DNA from: an uncultured Collinsella sp.
Lineage (GTDB): Bacteria; Actinomycetota; Coriobacteriia; Coriobacteriales; Coriobacteriaceae
Direction: 5' to 3'
Length of the DNA stretch: 64,000 nt
NCBI GenBank assembly: GCA_938023085.1
Contig: CALHDP010000164.1
Coordinates: forward strand, 1,725-65,724
The notes under the pieces are model-generated. The model worked only from the letters and a program-made list of their open reading frames with translations. It did no database searches and was not told where the DNA came from. The translations under genes and the position numbers were made by a program. Shown here in pieces: positions 1-8,893 of this stretch (position 1 is its first letter; every line of letters starts with the position of its first letter).

Positions 1-575
1 GTCTCACCACGCCCGATGAGAGCTACCACGGCGTGACCTATGCCGAGAAGTTTGGTCGCGAGGGTGCCTTCATTACCAAGGCAACCGCTCAGCTCATGCG
101 CGATCTTGGTCCTATGCAGAATCCGCAGGCGGCCTTCTTCTTGAACAGCTCGCTCGAGAGCCTGCATGTGCGCATGCCGCGTCATTGCGAGAACGGCCTG
201 GCCGTTGCCAAGTTCCTGCAGAGCCATCCCAAGGTGCGCTTCGTGAGCTATCCGGGCCTGGAGGGCGATAAGTACTATGACATCGCTCAGAAGTACATGC
301 CCAACGGTACGTGCGGCGTCGTAAGCTTTGGCTTTATCGGTGGTCGCGCGGCGGCCGAGACCTTTATGAAGAGCCTCAAGCTCGCCCAGATCGCTACGCA
401 CGTGGCCGACGCCCGCACCTGCTGCTTGCATCCGGCAAACGCCACCCATCGCCAGATGAACGATGAGGAGCTCATCGCCTGCGGTATCTCCGCCGACATG
501 GTGCGCCTGTCGTGCGGCCTCGAGGACACGGCCGATCTGATTGCCGACCTTGAGCAGGCGCTCGAGCAGTGCTAG
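1..575 (+). CDS. metY: O-acetylhomoserine/O-acetylserine sulfhydrylase (Cys/Met metabolism PLP enzyme), 5'-truncated by window edge
   Basis: C-terminal motifs DARTCCLHPANATHRQ and VRLSCGLEDTADLIADLEQAL typical of MetY/CysD; frame is open from the window start. Confidence 0.85.
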   Translation, partial: LTTPDESYHGVTYAEKFGREGAFITKATAQLMRDLGPMQNPQAAFFLNSSLESLHVRMPRHCENGLAVAKFLQSHPKVRFVSYPGLEGDKYYDIAQKYMPNGTCGVVSFGFIGGRAAAETFMKSLKLAQIATHVADARTCCLHPANATHRQMNDEELIACGISADMVRLSCGLEDTADLIADLEQALEQC

Positions 576-716
576 GCTAGCGTGCGTGCTAGGCGTGGGA
601 CGGCTTTTCGGCTGACGACGTCCTCATAGTTCCGATTCCGTAGGCGGGACCCCGATCGTGTCCGTTTGTAGGCGATTGGGGTCCCGTTTTTGCGTTGCAC
701 GATAGAAAGGATATAC

Positions 717-2021
717 ATGGAGAAAACTGCCGAGCAGCTGCGCCGCGAACACATTGCCCTAGAGGGCGACACCCACGGTAAGAATAAATGGGCGATTCTG
801 TTCACCGTGCTCGTCATGACCTTTATGGCGTGTCTGGATGCGAGCATCGTGACGGTGGCGCTCCCAGTGATGCAAAAGGAGCTGGGGGTGGGTCTCGACC
901 GCATTCAGCTCGTGAGCTCGGTGTATCTGCTCGCGACGTGCGTCGCCATGCTGCCGTTTGGCCGCTTGGGCGATGTGCGCGGCAAGGTGAATGTGTTCCA
1001 GCTTGGTGTAATCGTCTTTACGGGTGGCTCGTTGCTTTGCGGGCTTTCGGCTTCGCTCGAGGTGCTTATCTTGGCGCGTTTCGTGCAGGGCATTGGCTGT
1101 GCCGCCGCGATGGCCAACAATATGGGCATCATCACCGAGTCGTTTCCGGCGCGTGAGCGCGGCCGTGCCATGGGCATTCTGGCGACCTTTGTGGCTCTTG
1201 GCATGATGTGCGGCCCCGTGCTCGGCGGCGTGCTGGTGGCGAGCTTTCCCTGGGAGAGCATCTTCCTTATCAATCTGCCCATTGGCGTAATCTCGTTTAT
1301 CGTGGGGCTCTATACGCTGCCGCATGTGAAGCCGGAGGCTGGCGAACGCCCTATGCCGTTGACAGAGGCGGCGCGTCGCTGCTTTGCGAGCTCGGCTTTC
1401 ACGATTAACCTGGCTTGCATGCTTATCGTGTTCGTGGGTATCGGTGCCTCCGAGTTTGTGCTGCCGTTCTACTTTCAGGATGCTCACGGCTTTAGCTCCG
1501 ATATCTCCGGCCTGTTGTTTTTGGCGATGCCGGTCGTGAATGCCTTTGTGGGCCCGCTTTCGGGCTCGGTGTCCGACCGTGTTGGTTGTGAAGCGCCCAC
1601 GGCCGTTGGCCTGGGCGTGTACGTGTGCGGTCTCTTTGCGGTGAGCACGCTTGACGAGCACTCTTCCATCTTGATGATCGTGTGCTGCGTCGCGTTTATG
1701 TCGTGCGGCACGTCGATCTTCCAGAGTCCCAATAATTCGCTGTATATGGGTTCGGCTCCGCGTGAGGCGCTTGGCTTTGCGGGCAGCTTGAGCAGCTTGG
1801 CGCGCTATGCGGGCATAGCGCTGGGTATTACGGCGGCGTCGCGCATCCTGTATGGACAGACGAGCGCGGCGATGGGCAAGACGGTCACGAGCTATGTGGC
1901 GGGTCGTCCGGACGTGTTCCTCTTTGGCTTCCGTTTGGTATTCTACGTGCTGATGGCCGTTGCTACCGTGGGCTTTGCGCTCACATTGGTACGTTTGGTG
2001 AGGACGCGCACCCGGCATTAG
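717..2021 (+). CDS. MFS efflux transporter, DHA2/EmrB-like
   Basis: FMACLDASIVTVALP, motif A GRLGDVRG, ERGRAMG, GPVLGG, WESIFLINLPIG; AAAGGA RBS before ATG 717. Confidence 0.85.
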   Translation: MEKTAEQLRREHIALEGDTHGKNKWAILFTVLVMTFMACLDASIVTVALPVMQKELGVGLDRIQLVSSVYLLATCVAMLPFGRLGDVRGKVNVFQLGVIVFTGGSLLCGLSASLEVLILARFVQGIGCAAAMANNMGIITESFPARERGRAMGILATFVALGMMCGPVLGGVLVASFPWESIFLINLPIGVISFIVGLYTLPHVKPEAGERPMPLTEAARRCFASSAFTINLACMLIVFVGIGASEFVLPFYFQDAHGFSSDISGLLFLAMPVVNAFVGPLSGSVSDRVGCEAPTAVGLGVYVCGLFAVSTLDEHSSILMIVCCVAFMSCGTSIFQSPNNSLYMGSAPREALGFAGSLSSLARYAGIALGITAASRILYGQTSAAMGKTVTSYVAGRPDVFLFGFRLVFYVLMAVATVGFALTLVRLVRTRTRH

Positions 2022-2181
2022 CGTGTTGGGAGGCTGTCTGCCACGAATCGGGCCTATCTACTGGTCTTGCAGCTTTATGGTGCGATGCGGCTTGTGGGGC
2101 GGGCGGGGGTCGGTCCGTGGTAGACTATCGAACAACGTTTATTAATCGCGCGGTATCGTTGCCGCGAGAAGGGGTTGCGCC

Positions 2182-2760
2182 ATGCAGGAGCTTGAGGATC
2201 GTATTCGCCATGACGGCATCGTAAAGGCCGGTAACGTCCTTAAGGTTGATGCCTTCCTCAACCACCAGTGCGACGTTGAGCTGTTCGACCACATGGGTGC
2301 CGAGTGGGCCCGTCTGTTCAAGGGTGTCGAGATCAACAAGATCCTGACCATCGAGGCTTCGGGTATTGGTATGGCTTGCATTGCGGCCCAGCATTTTGGC
2401 GGCGTCCCGGTGGTCTTTGCCAAGAAGGCACAGTCCATCAACCTCGACGGCGAGCAGTATGCCACGACCATTTACTCCTTTACCAAGCAGAAGGAGTACC
2501 CGGTTATCGTGGGTAAGCGCTTCCTGTCCGAGGGCGACAAGGTCCTGATTATCGACGACTTTTTGGCCAACGGTTGCGCGCTCGAGGGCCTTATCAAGAT
2601 TTGCGAGGCTGCGGGCGCCGAGGTTGCCGGTATCGGCATTGCCGTGGAGAAGGGCTTCCAGGGCGGCGGCGATAAGCTCCGCGAGCGTGGCTTCCGCGTC
2701 GAGAGCCTGGCTCGTATCGCCGATATGGACTGTGAGACCGGCGAGATCACCTTCGCCTAA
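2182..2760 (+). CDS. xpt: Xanthine phosphoribosyltransferase
   Basis: [17 protein letters not shown] and PRPP-binding [11 protein letters not shown] motifs. Confidence 0.93.
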   Translation: MQELEDRIRHDGIVKAGNVLKVDAFLNHQCDVELFDHMGAEWARLFKGVEINKILTIEASGIGMACIAAQHFGGVPVVFAKKAQSINLDGEQYATTIYSFTKQKEYPVIVGKRFLSEGDKVLIIDDFLANGCALEGLIKICEAAGAEVAGIGIAVEKGFQGGGDKLRERGFRVESLARIADMDCETGEITFA

Positions 2761-2787
2761 GCGCGCGACATAAGCGATTGGTATGCG

Positions 2788-2825
2788 ATGTGACAAAGGG
2801 GCTTTCCCTTTGTCACATTTTTTTG
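2788..2825 (+). terminator. Intrinsic terminator after xpt
   Basis: ATGTGACAAAGGG-gcttt-CCCTTTGTCACAT followed by a T run. Confidence 0.75.
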
Positions 2826-2844
2826 TATGAGGGGAGGTGTTGAT

Positions 2845-3225
2845 ATGGATGAGAACAAGATGGGATGGCGCGAGTATGCGCGCTATGCCGAGATGTCGGT
2901 CGAGGATTTGGCGCGCGATTGCGAGGTGCAGGTATTTCGCGCGACGGGTCCGGGCGGACAGGGCGTGAACACGACTGATTCGGCGGTACGCATGAAGCAT
3001 GGGCCCACGGGGATTGTCGTGACGGCGCGCGAGAGCCGCAGTCAGTTCCAGAACCGTAGCTGCTGTCTGCGTAAGCTGCGCGCTGAGCTTGAGCGTCGTG
3101 GCCGTCCGCCGCGCCGCCGCGTCAAGACCAAGGTGCCTCAGCGGTCTCGCCAGCGCAGACTCAATGACAAGCACTTCAACGCCATTAAAAAAGCCAACCG
3201 TCGCAAGCCGGGTGGGGAGGAATGA
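2845..3225 (+). CDS. arfB: Peptidyl-tRNA hydrolase / alternative ribosome rescue factor (ArfB/YaeJ-like)
   Basis: [14 protein letters not shown] (GGQ) motif, RSQFQNR, very basic C-terminal tail; GGAGG RBS. Confidence 0.8.
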   Translation: MDENKMGWREYARYAEMSVEDLARDCEVQVFRATGPGGQGVNTTDSAVRMKHGPTGIVVTARESRSQFQNRSCCLRKLRAELERRGRPPRRRVKTKVPQRSRQRRLNDKHFNAIKKANRRKPGGEE

Positions 3226-3236
3226 TCTTCTCAATA

Positions 3237-3303
3237 AGTTGCGGTGAAATAGGGACTGTTTTGCGGCTTTAGCTGCATATACAGTCCCTATTTCACCGCA
3301 ACT
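3237..3303. repeat. 67-bp palindromic REP/MITE-like element, family A, copy 1
   Basis: AGTTGCGGTGAAATAGGGACTGT...ACAGTCCCTATTTCACCGCAACT between convergent genes. Confidence 0.85.
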
Positions 3304-3312
3304 TAGGTGGGG

Positions 3313-4275
3313 TTAGCGGGTGGGGCGCCAGACGTGGAGGGCGCCGGCGAGGATGTCCACCTCGATGCGCGAGGCGATAATGGGCTCGCCGTCGGCCTGG
3401 ATGGGGTAGTTGGGCTCCTCAAAGGTAAGCTCAGCATGGCGACAGCGGCGCATGCGAACCGGTGGCAGCTTGGTGTGGTGGCCGTCCTTGGCCGAAAGGA
3501 ACATAGGCAGGGCTACCGCGCGAGGGACGGGGCCGCAGGCGTAGCAGACGTCGAATATACCGTCACAGGGGTCGGCGTCGGGACAGATGCGATATCCCGA
3601 TCCATAGGTAGGGCCCAGCTGAATCGCCATGATGATCGCCCTCACGCGCTCGGCAGGCGTCCCGTCAAAGCTGACTGTCATGGGGTAGTTGCGATAGCGT
3701 AGGCCAAACTGCTCAAGTCCCGAGAGGGTGTAGAGCGGCGCGCCTGTCAAGCCGGTCTTTTTGCGCAGCTCGGTGGTGCCCAGGCCGATGGCGGCATCGA
3801 TGCCGACCGAAAGCGTCTGGTCGTAGTACTCAACGGTAGCCTCGCCGCTGCCGCTTGCAGGGCTCCACGAGCGAATGCGCCCGACGTCCTGACGCTGCAG
3901 CTCGCAGGTGAGCAGCGCGCCAAAATCCTTGCCGGAGAAATCGTCGATGTCGAGCGTCTGGGCAAAATCGTTGCCGGAGCCCACGGGCAGGACGGCAAGA
4001 GCGGGGCGGGCGTCCTCCTCTTGCGTCATAAGCCCGTTGACGACCTCGTGGATCACGCCATCGCCGCCAAGGGCGATAACGGTGCGATAGCCCTGAGCCT
4101 GTGCGGCAAGTCCCTTGGCATGTCCCATGCGCTCGGTTAGCATCAGGTCAAACTGGGATGCGCGTGCAGTCATGTCCAAAAAGCGCTGCAGGCGCTCGGC
4201 AACTTCATGCGCCGCACCCGACTGGGCGGCTGGGTTGGCGATGATGAGCGTGCGACCAAAATCAGTTGCGTGCAT
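3313..4275 (-). CDS. Diacylglycerol/lipid kinase family protein (YegS/DAGK)
   Basis: IIANPAA, GGDGVIHEVVNG, LPVGSGNDFA and QADGE motifs. Confidence 0.88.
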   Translation of the reverse strand: MHATDFGRTLIIANPAAQSGAAHEVAERLQRFLDMTARASQFDLMLTERMGHAKGLAAQAQGYRTVIALGGDGVIHEVVNGLMTQEEDARPALAVLPVGSGNDFAQTLDIDDFSGKDFGALLTCELQRQDVGRIRSWSPASGSGEATVEYYDQTLSVGIDAAIGLGTTELRKKTGLTGAPLYTLSGLEQFGLRYRNYPMTVSFDGTPAERVRAIIMAIQLGPTYGSGYRICPDADPCDGIFDVCYACGPVPRAVALPMFLSAKDGHHTKLPPVRMRRCRHAELTFEEPNYPIQADGEPIIASRIEVDILAGALHVWRPTR

Positions 4276-4362
4276 GGGGTGACTCCCGGCGTATGACGTG
4301 ACGGTGCGGTCGCGCTCAGGTCGAATTGCCCCCGATTGTGGCTGCACGGCGAATATTTACGT

Positions 4363-5784
4363 CTACTCTATCAGGTCGTTGTGGCGCTCGATAGCATCCG
4401 CTACCGTACCGCCCTCATCCACAATAAGCGAACGGCGCTTGGGTGAGATGATGCGCTGGGCGGGGTACACGCCACGGTGTCCGCCGGTTAGGTAGCTGAT
4501 AAAGGCCACGATGACAAAGAACCCGGCGGCCGTGCCGTGGAACAGGTCGATGGCCATCATGCAGGTGGTGATGGGCACGTTGAGGCCGGCGCAGAACACG
4601 CCGAGCATGCCTAGCGCCGCCAGAAAGCTGGGGTCGATTCCGACGAGGCAACCGATCCAGCCGCCGAGTGCCGCACCGATGCCAAACAGGGGCGTGACCT
4701 CGCCGCCTTGGAAGCCGGCGCCCAGGGTGAGGGCCGTAACCACGAGCTTGATGGCTGCGTCCGCCAGGATGGTGTTGCCGGCGAACCCGGCGCCTGAGAG
4801 CCAGGTGGCAAGGCCGGCATACTTCCAGGCGTCGAGCATCGCGTAGGCCGCGAGCACCACGAGCGCACCCACGAGCGCGCGAACGAGGTAATTGGTGATA
4901 ATGCGACCGTACAGGCTCTTGACGGTTCGAACCGACCAGGCAAAGAGGCGTGCCGTCAGACCGAAGATAATGGCGCTGATAACAACGATGGCAACCGTCC
5001 GCGGCGTCATGCCGGGAACGCTGGCGATGACATTCGCTTCGTACTCGGTACCCAGGGCGAGTGATGTAAAGTAGCCGGTAAATGAGGCGACCAGGCAGTA
5101 GATGCCCGCCGTGTAGTCGATCTTGCCGATAAAGCACATCTCCATGCCAAAGAAAGCTCCGGCAAGGGGCGAGCCGAATACGGCGCCAAAGGCCGACGAG
5201 ATGCCGGCGAGCATGAGGTCGTGGTGGTCATGCTTTTTGAGGTGGGCGAGGCTCGAGATGTTGCTGGCGATGGTGCCGCCAATCTGCACCGCGGCTCCCT
5301 CGCGACCGGCCGATCCGCCCGTTAGGTGCGTGAGCGTGGAGCAGACGAAGGTGAGGACGGCCATGCGCATATGGATGAGGCGGGTGCCCAGAGCGGAGTC
5401 GATGACCAGGTTGTTGCCACGCTTGGCGGCAAGACCGTGGTTTTTGTACACCCATGCGGTGGCAACGCCCACAACGGGAAGAAGCGCGTAAATCCACGCA
5501 TGGTGCTCGCGATAGTCGGTCGCGATATTCAACGAGGCCAAAAACGCCCAAGCGGCAACGCCCATGGCAAGCGAGACGATGACGACGAGTACGAGCAACT
5601 TGGCGCTCGCGAGTAGGTTGCGGGCGTTGCGGCGCGTGTCGGCAGCCAAGAGATGCTCGGAGCGGGTAAGTTGATGCCTGCCTGCCGTGATGACGTCGTT
5701 CAGGGAGAAAAAGCCGCCGTCGTCGAGCGGCTGGGGATGGTCTTGCGCCTCGTTTGCGCTTTCGGGTTTGTCGTTATGAGTCAT
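4363..5784 (-). CDS. eriC: CLC family anion transporter, fluoride-exporter (CLC-F) type
   Basis: GNNLV, GREGA and GEVTP signature motifs. Confidence 0.85.
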   Translation of the reverse strand: MTHNDKPESANEAQDHPQPLDDGGFFSLNDVITAGRHQLTRSEHLLAADTRRNARNLLASAKLLVLVVIVSLAMGVAAWAFLASLNIATDYREHHAWIYALLPVVGVATAWVYKNHGLAAKRGNNLVIDSALGTRLIHMRMAVLTFVCSTLTHLTGGSAGREGAAVQIGGTIASNISSLAHLKKHDHHDLMLAGISSAFGAVFGSPLAGAFFGMEMCFIGKIDYTAGIYCLVASFTGYFTSLALGTEYEANVIASVPGMTPRTVAIVVISAIIFGLTARLFAWSVRTVKSLYGRIITNYLVRALVGALVVLAAYAMLDAWKYAGLATWLSGAGFAGNTILADAAIKLVVTALTLGAGFQGGEVTPLFGIGAALGGWIGCLVGIDPSFLAALGMLGVFCAGLNVPITTCMMAIDLFHGTAAGFFVIVAFISYLTGGHRGVYPAQRIISPKRRSLIVDEGGTVADAIERHNDLIE

Positions 5785-5993
5785 ACGTTCCTCTTTTAGG
5801 TTGCATCACGAGCATTATAAAACGCGGTAAACGCGACGAGCCGATGGGTTGGTTTCCATTCTGTTTCGCGGCTTGCGGCCGACAGGTGTATTTGCGGGTA
5901 CAGGCCAAGTCGCGGTCGCGCGTCGGGGATTATACTTAGACAAGCATAAAGAATCGGCGCCCCCGTTGTGCGCCGTGGCATTAAGAGGTGCAT

Positions 5994-7256
5994 ATGACAG
6001 AGAAGCTCATTCCGCTGGAGGACGCGCAGTCGATTGTTCTGTCGCACGTTGCTCCGACCGATCTCGTCGAGAGTCCCGTGTGGCAGGCCACCGGTCTTCC
6101 CTTGGCCGAGGACGCGGTGGCCGATATCGACATCTCGCCGTTTGCCAACAGCGCTATGGACGGATATGCCGTGCGCTCGGCGGACTTGGCGCAGACGTCT
6201 GGCGAGGCGCCGGTGACGCTCGACGTTATCGGACATGAGGCCGCGGGCCATGTCTTTGAGGGCACAATCGGCGCGGGCGAGACAGTCCGCATCATGACGG
6301 GCGCGCCGGTACCCGAAGGTGCCGATGCCGTGGTGAAGTACGAGATCGTCGACGTACTCGATGGCGACGGCAACGAGGGCTCGCACGTTCGCTTCTCGGC
6401 GCCTGCTAAAGTGGGGGAGAACGTTCGCTCTGCTGCCGAGGAGGCCCATGCCGGCGATGTTGTGATGCACGCCGGCGAGGTCGTGGCTCCGGCGGGCGCG
6501 GGTCTGCTGGCAAGTGCCGGATACGCGAGCGTGAAGGTGCACGCTGCCCCACGTGTGGGCATCATCTCGCTGGGCACGGAACTGGTCGCACCGAGTAAGG
6601 TGCCGGCGCGCGGTCAGATTCGCGATTCCAACTCCTCGGCGCTGATGGCCGAGGCGCTCGATGCCGGCGCCGAGCCCGTGTTCTACGGCATTGCGCCCGA
6701 TGATGAGCAGGCGATTGCCGATCTGGTGCATCGCGCCGTGCAGGAGTGCGATTTTGTCATTACGAGCGGTGGCGCCTCGGCGGGCGACTACGATTTCGTG
6801 ACGGCGCTCGTCCGGCGCGAGGGCGAGGTGCTGTTTGACCGCATCTCGATGCGTCCCGGCAAGGCCATCACGTTTGGCTTGCTCGGAGGTAAGCCCTACC
6901 TGGGGCTTTCAGGCAATCCGGCCGCGGCGTATGTGGGCTTTGAGATGCTCGCTCGTCCGGCGATCCGCAAGATGCGCGGCTTTGCCGAGGGTGCGCGTCC
7001 CGTGCAGCAGGCGATATTGACGCACTGCGTGAAGAAGCGCCAGGACCGACGCTTCTTCGATCGCGCCACGGTTTTGCGCGACCCCGAGACCGGTGAGCTG
7101 TTGGTGACCGAGGCCAAGACGCAGAATTCGGCGCTGCTCGGCACGATGCAGCGGGCCAACTGCCTGCTGCGTATTGACGAAGGGCCGTGTGAGCTCAAGC
7201 CGGGCGACGTCGTGGACGTCGTGCGCGTCGACCTGCCTGAGGGAACGGTGCTATAG
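5994..7256 (+). CDS. moeA: Molybdopterin molybdotransferase
   Basis: PFANSAMDGYAV, RIMTGAPVPEGADAVV, GQIRDSN, TSGGASAGDYD, MRPGK. Confidence 0.95.
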   Translation: MTEKLIPLEDAQSIVLSHVAPTDLVESPVWQATGLPLAEDAVADIDISPFANSAMDGYAVRSADLAQTSGEAPVTLDVIGHEAAGHVFEGTIGAGETVRIMTGAPVPEGADAVVKYEIVDVLDGDGNEGSHVRFSAPAKVGENVRSAAEEAHAGDVVMHAGEVVAPAGAGLLASAGYASVKVHAAPRVGIISLGTELVAPSKVPARGQIRDSNSSALMAEALDAGAEPVFYGIAPDDEQAIADLVHRAVQECDFVITSGGASAGDYDFVTALVRREGEVLFDRISMRPGKAITFGLLGGKPYLGLSGNPAAAYVGFEMLARPAIRKMRGFAEGARPVQQAILTHCVKKRQDRRFFDRATVLRDPETGELLVTEAKTQNSALLGTMQRANCLLRIDEGPCELKPGDVVDVVRVDLPEGTVL

Positions 7257-7266
7257 GAGGAACGCT

Positions 7267-7746
7267 ATGGAGTTGAAAATTTCGATCGTGACGTGCTCGG
7301 ATACGCGCGATCTTGCGCAGGACGAGGCTGGAGCCGCGCTCGAGGAGCTCATCGAGGCGCAGGGATGGACGGTTGCCTCACATGTGGTCGTGCGCGACGA
7401 CGTTAGCGAGATTGGTGATGCCATTGTGGAAGCTGCCGATGCGCGCCACGCCAATGTCGTGCTCACCTGCGGCGGCACGGGTCTTTCGATGCGCGACGTG
7501 ACACCCGAGGCGACGCGTGCCGTCTGTGACCGTGATGTGCCGGGTGTCGCCGAGGCAATCCGTGCCTACTCGATGACCAAGACGCGCCGCGCCATGCTCT
7601 CGCGCGCCGTGTGCATGCAGCGTGGGCATACGCTTGTCATCAACTTTCCGGGATCCACGAAAGCGGCCCGCGAAAGCTGGGAGGCCGTGAGCGATCAGCT
7701 GGAGCATGCGGCCCAAATGACGGCGGGCGGCGGACATACCAACTAA
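7267..7746 (+). CDS. moaB: Molybdopterin adenylyltransferase MogA/MoaB family
   Basis: TCSDTR, TCGGTGLSMRDVTPEA, AMLSRA, INFPGS; AGGAGG RBS. Confidence 0.9.
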   Translation: MELKISIVTCSDTRDLAQDEAGAALEELIEAQGWTVASHVVVRDDVSEIGDAIVEAADARHANVVLTCGGTGLSMRDVTPEATRAVCDRDVPGVAEAIRAYSMTKTRRAMLSRAVCMQRGHTLVINFPGSTKAARESWEAVSDQLEHAAQMTAGGGHTN

Positions 7747-7846
7747 GCGGTTTACCTGCGGCGGGGCGACCAGAACGGCTGCTCCGCTTTTGTTTTCCGC
7801 CGAAGCGACGCCAAGGTGCACGGCAACTCGAAACTATATTCTCTGG

Positions 7847-7889
7847 CGAGAATAATTTCTCACTATCATTATTCTCGTAGAAGTATAAT
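7847..7889 (+). promoter_or_regulatory. AT-rich inverted repeat (candidate operator) just upstream of a TATAAT -10 box for modA
   Basis: CGAGAATAAT-N11-ATTATTCTCG at 7847-7877; TATAAT at 7884-7889. Confidence 0.5.
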
Positions 7890-7949
7890 CTGATTGCAGA
7901 TTAAAGCCCGCGGTGGGGTACCCGGGCACAAGGTCCGAAAGGGTTGAAT

Positions 7950-8825
7950 ATGTTCGATATGGTTTCACGCCGCGGTTTTGTCTCGCTTTCTGCTGTCGCT
8001 GCCGCCGGCTTTGGCCTTGCTGGCTGCTCGGGCAACAAGACGTCCGAGCCCGCTGGTTCCGATGCCGGCTCCGCCAAGTCTTCCTCTAAGAAGAAGGCTG
8101 TCGAGCTGCAGGTCTTTGCCGCCAACTCGCTCGAGAAGGCTCTGCCCGAGGTTCAGGAGCTCTACACCGAGCAGACCGGTACCACGTTTGCCGACACGCA
8201 GTTCAAAGCGTCCGGCGACCTTGTCGAGCAGATGCGCGCCGGTGCTGCGGTCGACGTGCTCATCACCGCTTCCAAGGGCACCATGGACGACGCCGAGGCC
8301 GCCGAGCTCGTCGACGCCGACACCCGTGAGGATATGTTCGTCAACGATCTCGTGATCATTCGCGCCGAGGGCTCCGACACCAAGGTCGAGGTCATCGCCG
8401 ACGTCGCGAATCTGGACGGCAAGATCGCCATCGGCGACGCCAAGACCGTTCCCGCCGGCAAGTACGCCAACCAGGCCCTGGCCTCCGTGGGCCTCTACAC
8501 CGGCACCGAGGGCGACGATGGCGAGTATGCTCCCGAGATCGCCGACAAGGCCGCCCTGGCCGACAAAGTTGGTACCGCCGCCGCCTATGTGTCCACAGGC
8601 GACTGCGTGGTCGGTTTTGTCTACAGCTCCGATATCTTCCGCTACGACGGCATCGAGGAGGCCTTCGTGTGCCCCGAGGATTCGCACAAGCCCATCGTGT
8701 ACCCGGGTGCCGTTGCCGAGAGCTCCGAGCACGCCGACGAGGCCAAGGCGTTTATCGACTTTTGCCTGACCAACAAGAAGGCTCAGAAGATTTGGGCTAA
8801 GTACGGCTTTGAGCTTTCCGCGTAG
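7950..8825 (+). CDS. modA: Molybdate ABC transporter substrate-binding lipoprotein
   Basis: Tat-like SRRGF plus lipobox LAGC; FAANSL, ASGDL, VPAGKYA, GFVYSSD, HKPIVYP. Confidence 0.92.
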   Translation: MFDMVSRRGFVSLSAVAAAGFGLAGCSGNKTSEPAGSDAGSAKSSSKKKAVELQVFAANSLEKALPEVQELYTEQTGTTFADTQFKASGDLVEQMRAGAAVDVLITASKGTMDDAEAAELVDADTREDMFVNDLVIIRAEGSDTKVEVIADVANLDGKIAIGDAKTVPAGKYANQALASVGLYTGTEGDDGEYAPEIADKAALADKVGTAAAYVSTGDCVVGFVYSSDIFRYDGIEEAFVCPEDSHKPIVYPGAVAESSEHADEAKAFIDFCLTNKKAQKIWAKYGFELSA

Positions 8826-8893
8826 TGCGGCTTGGCGCGATAATTCCATCGTTTTGTGTTTCACTCCGTCCTTGTATTCGCTTGGAGCTTTTC

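Noticed and set aside
2030..2181. Purine riboswitch upstream of xpt
   Set aside because: No recognisable aptamer core or expression platform in the short leader
5785..7949. Moco/Wco riboswitch upstream of moeA or modA
   Set aside because: Could not recognise the conserved motif by eye; an Rfam scan would be needed
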